From contig JBEGVZ010000076.1 in assembly GCA_041178085.1 (NCBI GenBank), positions 1 to 16,393 of the forward strand: a stretch of 16,393 nt of DNA. The letters run 5' to 3'. The position numbers were made by a program, and so were the translations under genes. Positions 15,653 through 16,393 of this stretch are shown one piece after another. This DNA comes from Pseudomonadota bacterium. GTDB taxonomy: Bacteria > Bdellovibrionota_B > Oligoflexia > Oligoflexales > RGVZ01. Numbering within the stretch: position 1 is the stretch's first letter; each line of letters starts with the position of its first letter. The notes beneath the pieces were generated by a model. The model saw only the letters and a list, made by a program, of their open reading frames with translations, ran no database searches and was not told the DNA's origin.

Positions 15653-16393
15653 TCAGTGAGCTGCTGCGGTGAAGCCTTCCGCCTCAGACTTGGCGCGCGC
15701 GATCCAGTAGATCATCACGCCATAGAATGCCTTGGCAAGCACATCAGCGATCGCATAACCAACCTGGATACCCACAACGGATGACTGAGGGTTGATGCCA
15801 AACATTGGCAGCATGTAGGTGATCGGATAGAAGCCCCAAGTCAGGAGAAGAAGAAGACGGATATTGACCAGCAGGACCTTGGCTTCACCCGGTTGGGTCT
15901 CGATGGCTTTGCCCAGTTTGCCCCAGAGTACCATCAGGATGTAGACGAACGGGATGGAAGACAGGGTTCCCCAAATCGCGCGGGTCGTGTTGTCCGTTGC
16001 AATTTCACCCGGGTAACCGAGAGCGATCATGAGGAAAGCTGCGATTGCGAGCTTGCCAAAAAGGCCTTCACGCTGATTCTTCGGCAGCGCCAGAACGGCA
16101 ACGAGTTCGACGAGGAGGAGGGGCACCGTGAGGAGCCAGTCAACATAACGGTAGGCATCGTTGAACGGCTTGCCAGATGGCGTGTACATGTTGCCATTCA
16201 TGGTGAAAGCTTCGTTCCAGCTATTAAAGATACGGAAGTAGTGGTAGCACGCGATCGCGACGACAATCGAAGAGACCAGCAACGCGCCACGATACTTCGG
16301 GGCTACTTGCGAACGGCCTGCCAGGAAAAAAATAAAGGCAGCACCCATGCTCGCAATGGTGAAAGAAAACACGTTATAGACCAGATAAAATTG
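15653..16393 (-). CDS. Xanthorhodopsin-family light-driven proton pump (N-terminus beyond window)
   Basis: Frame open to the edge (QFYLVYNVFSFTIASM...). Motifs YHYFRI, PFNDAYRYVDWLLTVPLLLVEL (D-T-E), LGYPGE, WGTLSSIPF, TWGFYPI, and retinal Lys in ADVLAKAFYG. Confidence 0.96.
   Translation of the reverse strand, partial: QFYLVYNVFSFTIASMGAAFIFFLAGRSQVAPKYRGALLVSSIVVAIACYHYFRIFNSWNEAFTMNGNMYTPSGKPFNDAYRYVDWLLTVPLLLVELVAVLALPKNQREGLFGKLAIAAFLMIALGYPGEIATDNTTRAIWGTLSSIPFVYILMVLWGKLGKAIETQPGEAKVLLVNIRLLLLLTWGFYPITYMLPMFGINPQSSVVGIQVGYAIADVLAKAFYGVMIYWIARAKSEAEGFTAAAH

Noticed and set aside
1..16393. CRISPR array, tRNA/rRNA, transposase or integrase
   Set aside because: No regularly spaced repeats, RNA-gene signatures or mobile-element ORFs were seen by eye, so mobility of the phototrophy cluster is not demonstrated by this window.

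Overview
Bacterial, moderately GC-rich window with two halves. The left half (1-6204) is a mix of housekeeping and accessory genes: the 5' tip of a minus-strand gene (possibly hrpB), a vapBC toxin-antitoxin pair with a palindromic operator, thymidine kinase, a DUF3025-like protein, a small orphan, a large Cys-rich lipoprotein with a C-terminal SPRY-like domain, a zinc-ribbon protein and a predicted outer-membrane beta-barrel. The last two each sit behind a sigma28/FliA-type promoter. The right half (about 6430-16393) is a self-contained retinal-phototrophy and carotenoid-antenna module: crtE-crtI-crtB, a crtW ketolase lying antisense inside the cluster and probably starting at CTG, then cruF, an acyltransferase and a GT2 glycosyltransferase. 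These are followed by one 680-aa ORF that fuses lycopene beta-cyclase (CrtY) to a Blh/Brp beta-carotene 15,15'-dioxygenase, and by a convergent xanthorhodopsin-type proton pump (DTE motif, antenna-fenestration Gly; N-terminus beyond the window edge). The main points of interest are the CrtY-Blh fusion and the co-location of the pump with a CrtW-based salinixanthin-like pathway (4-keto carotenoid acyl glycoside). All family calls come from recognising motifs by eye; no database search was run.
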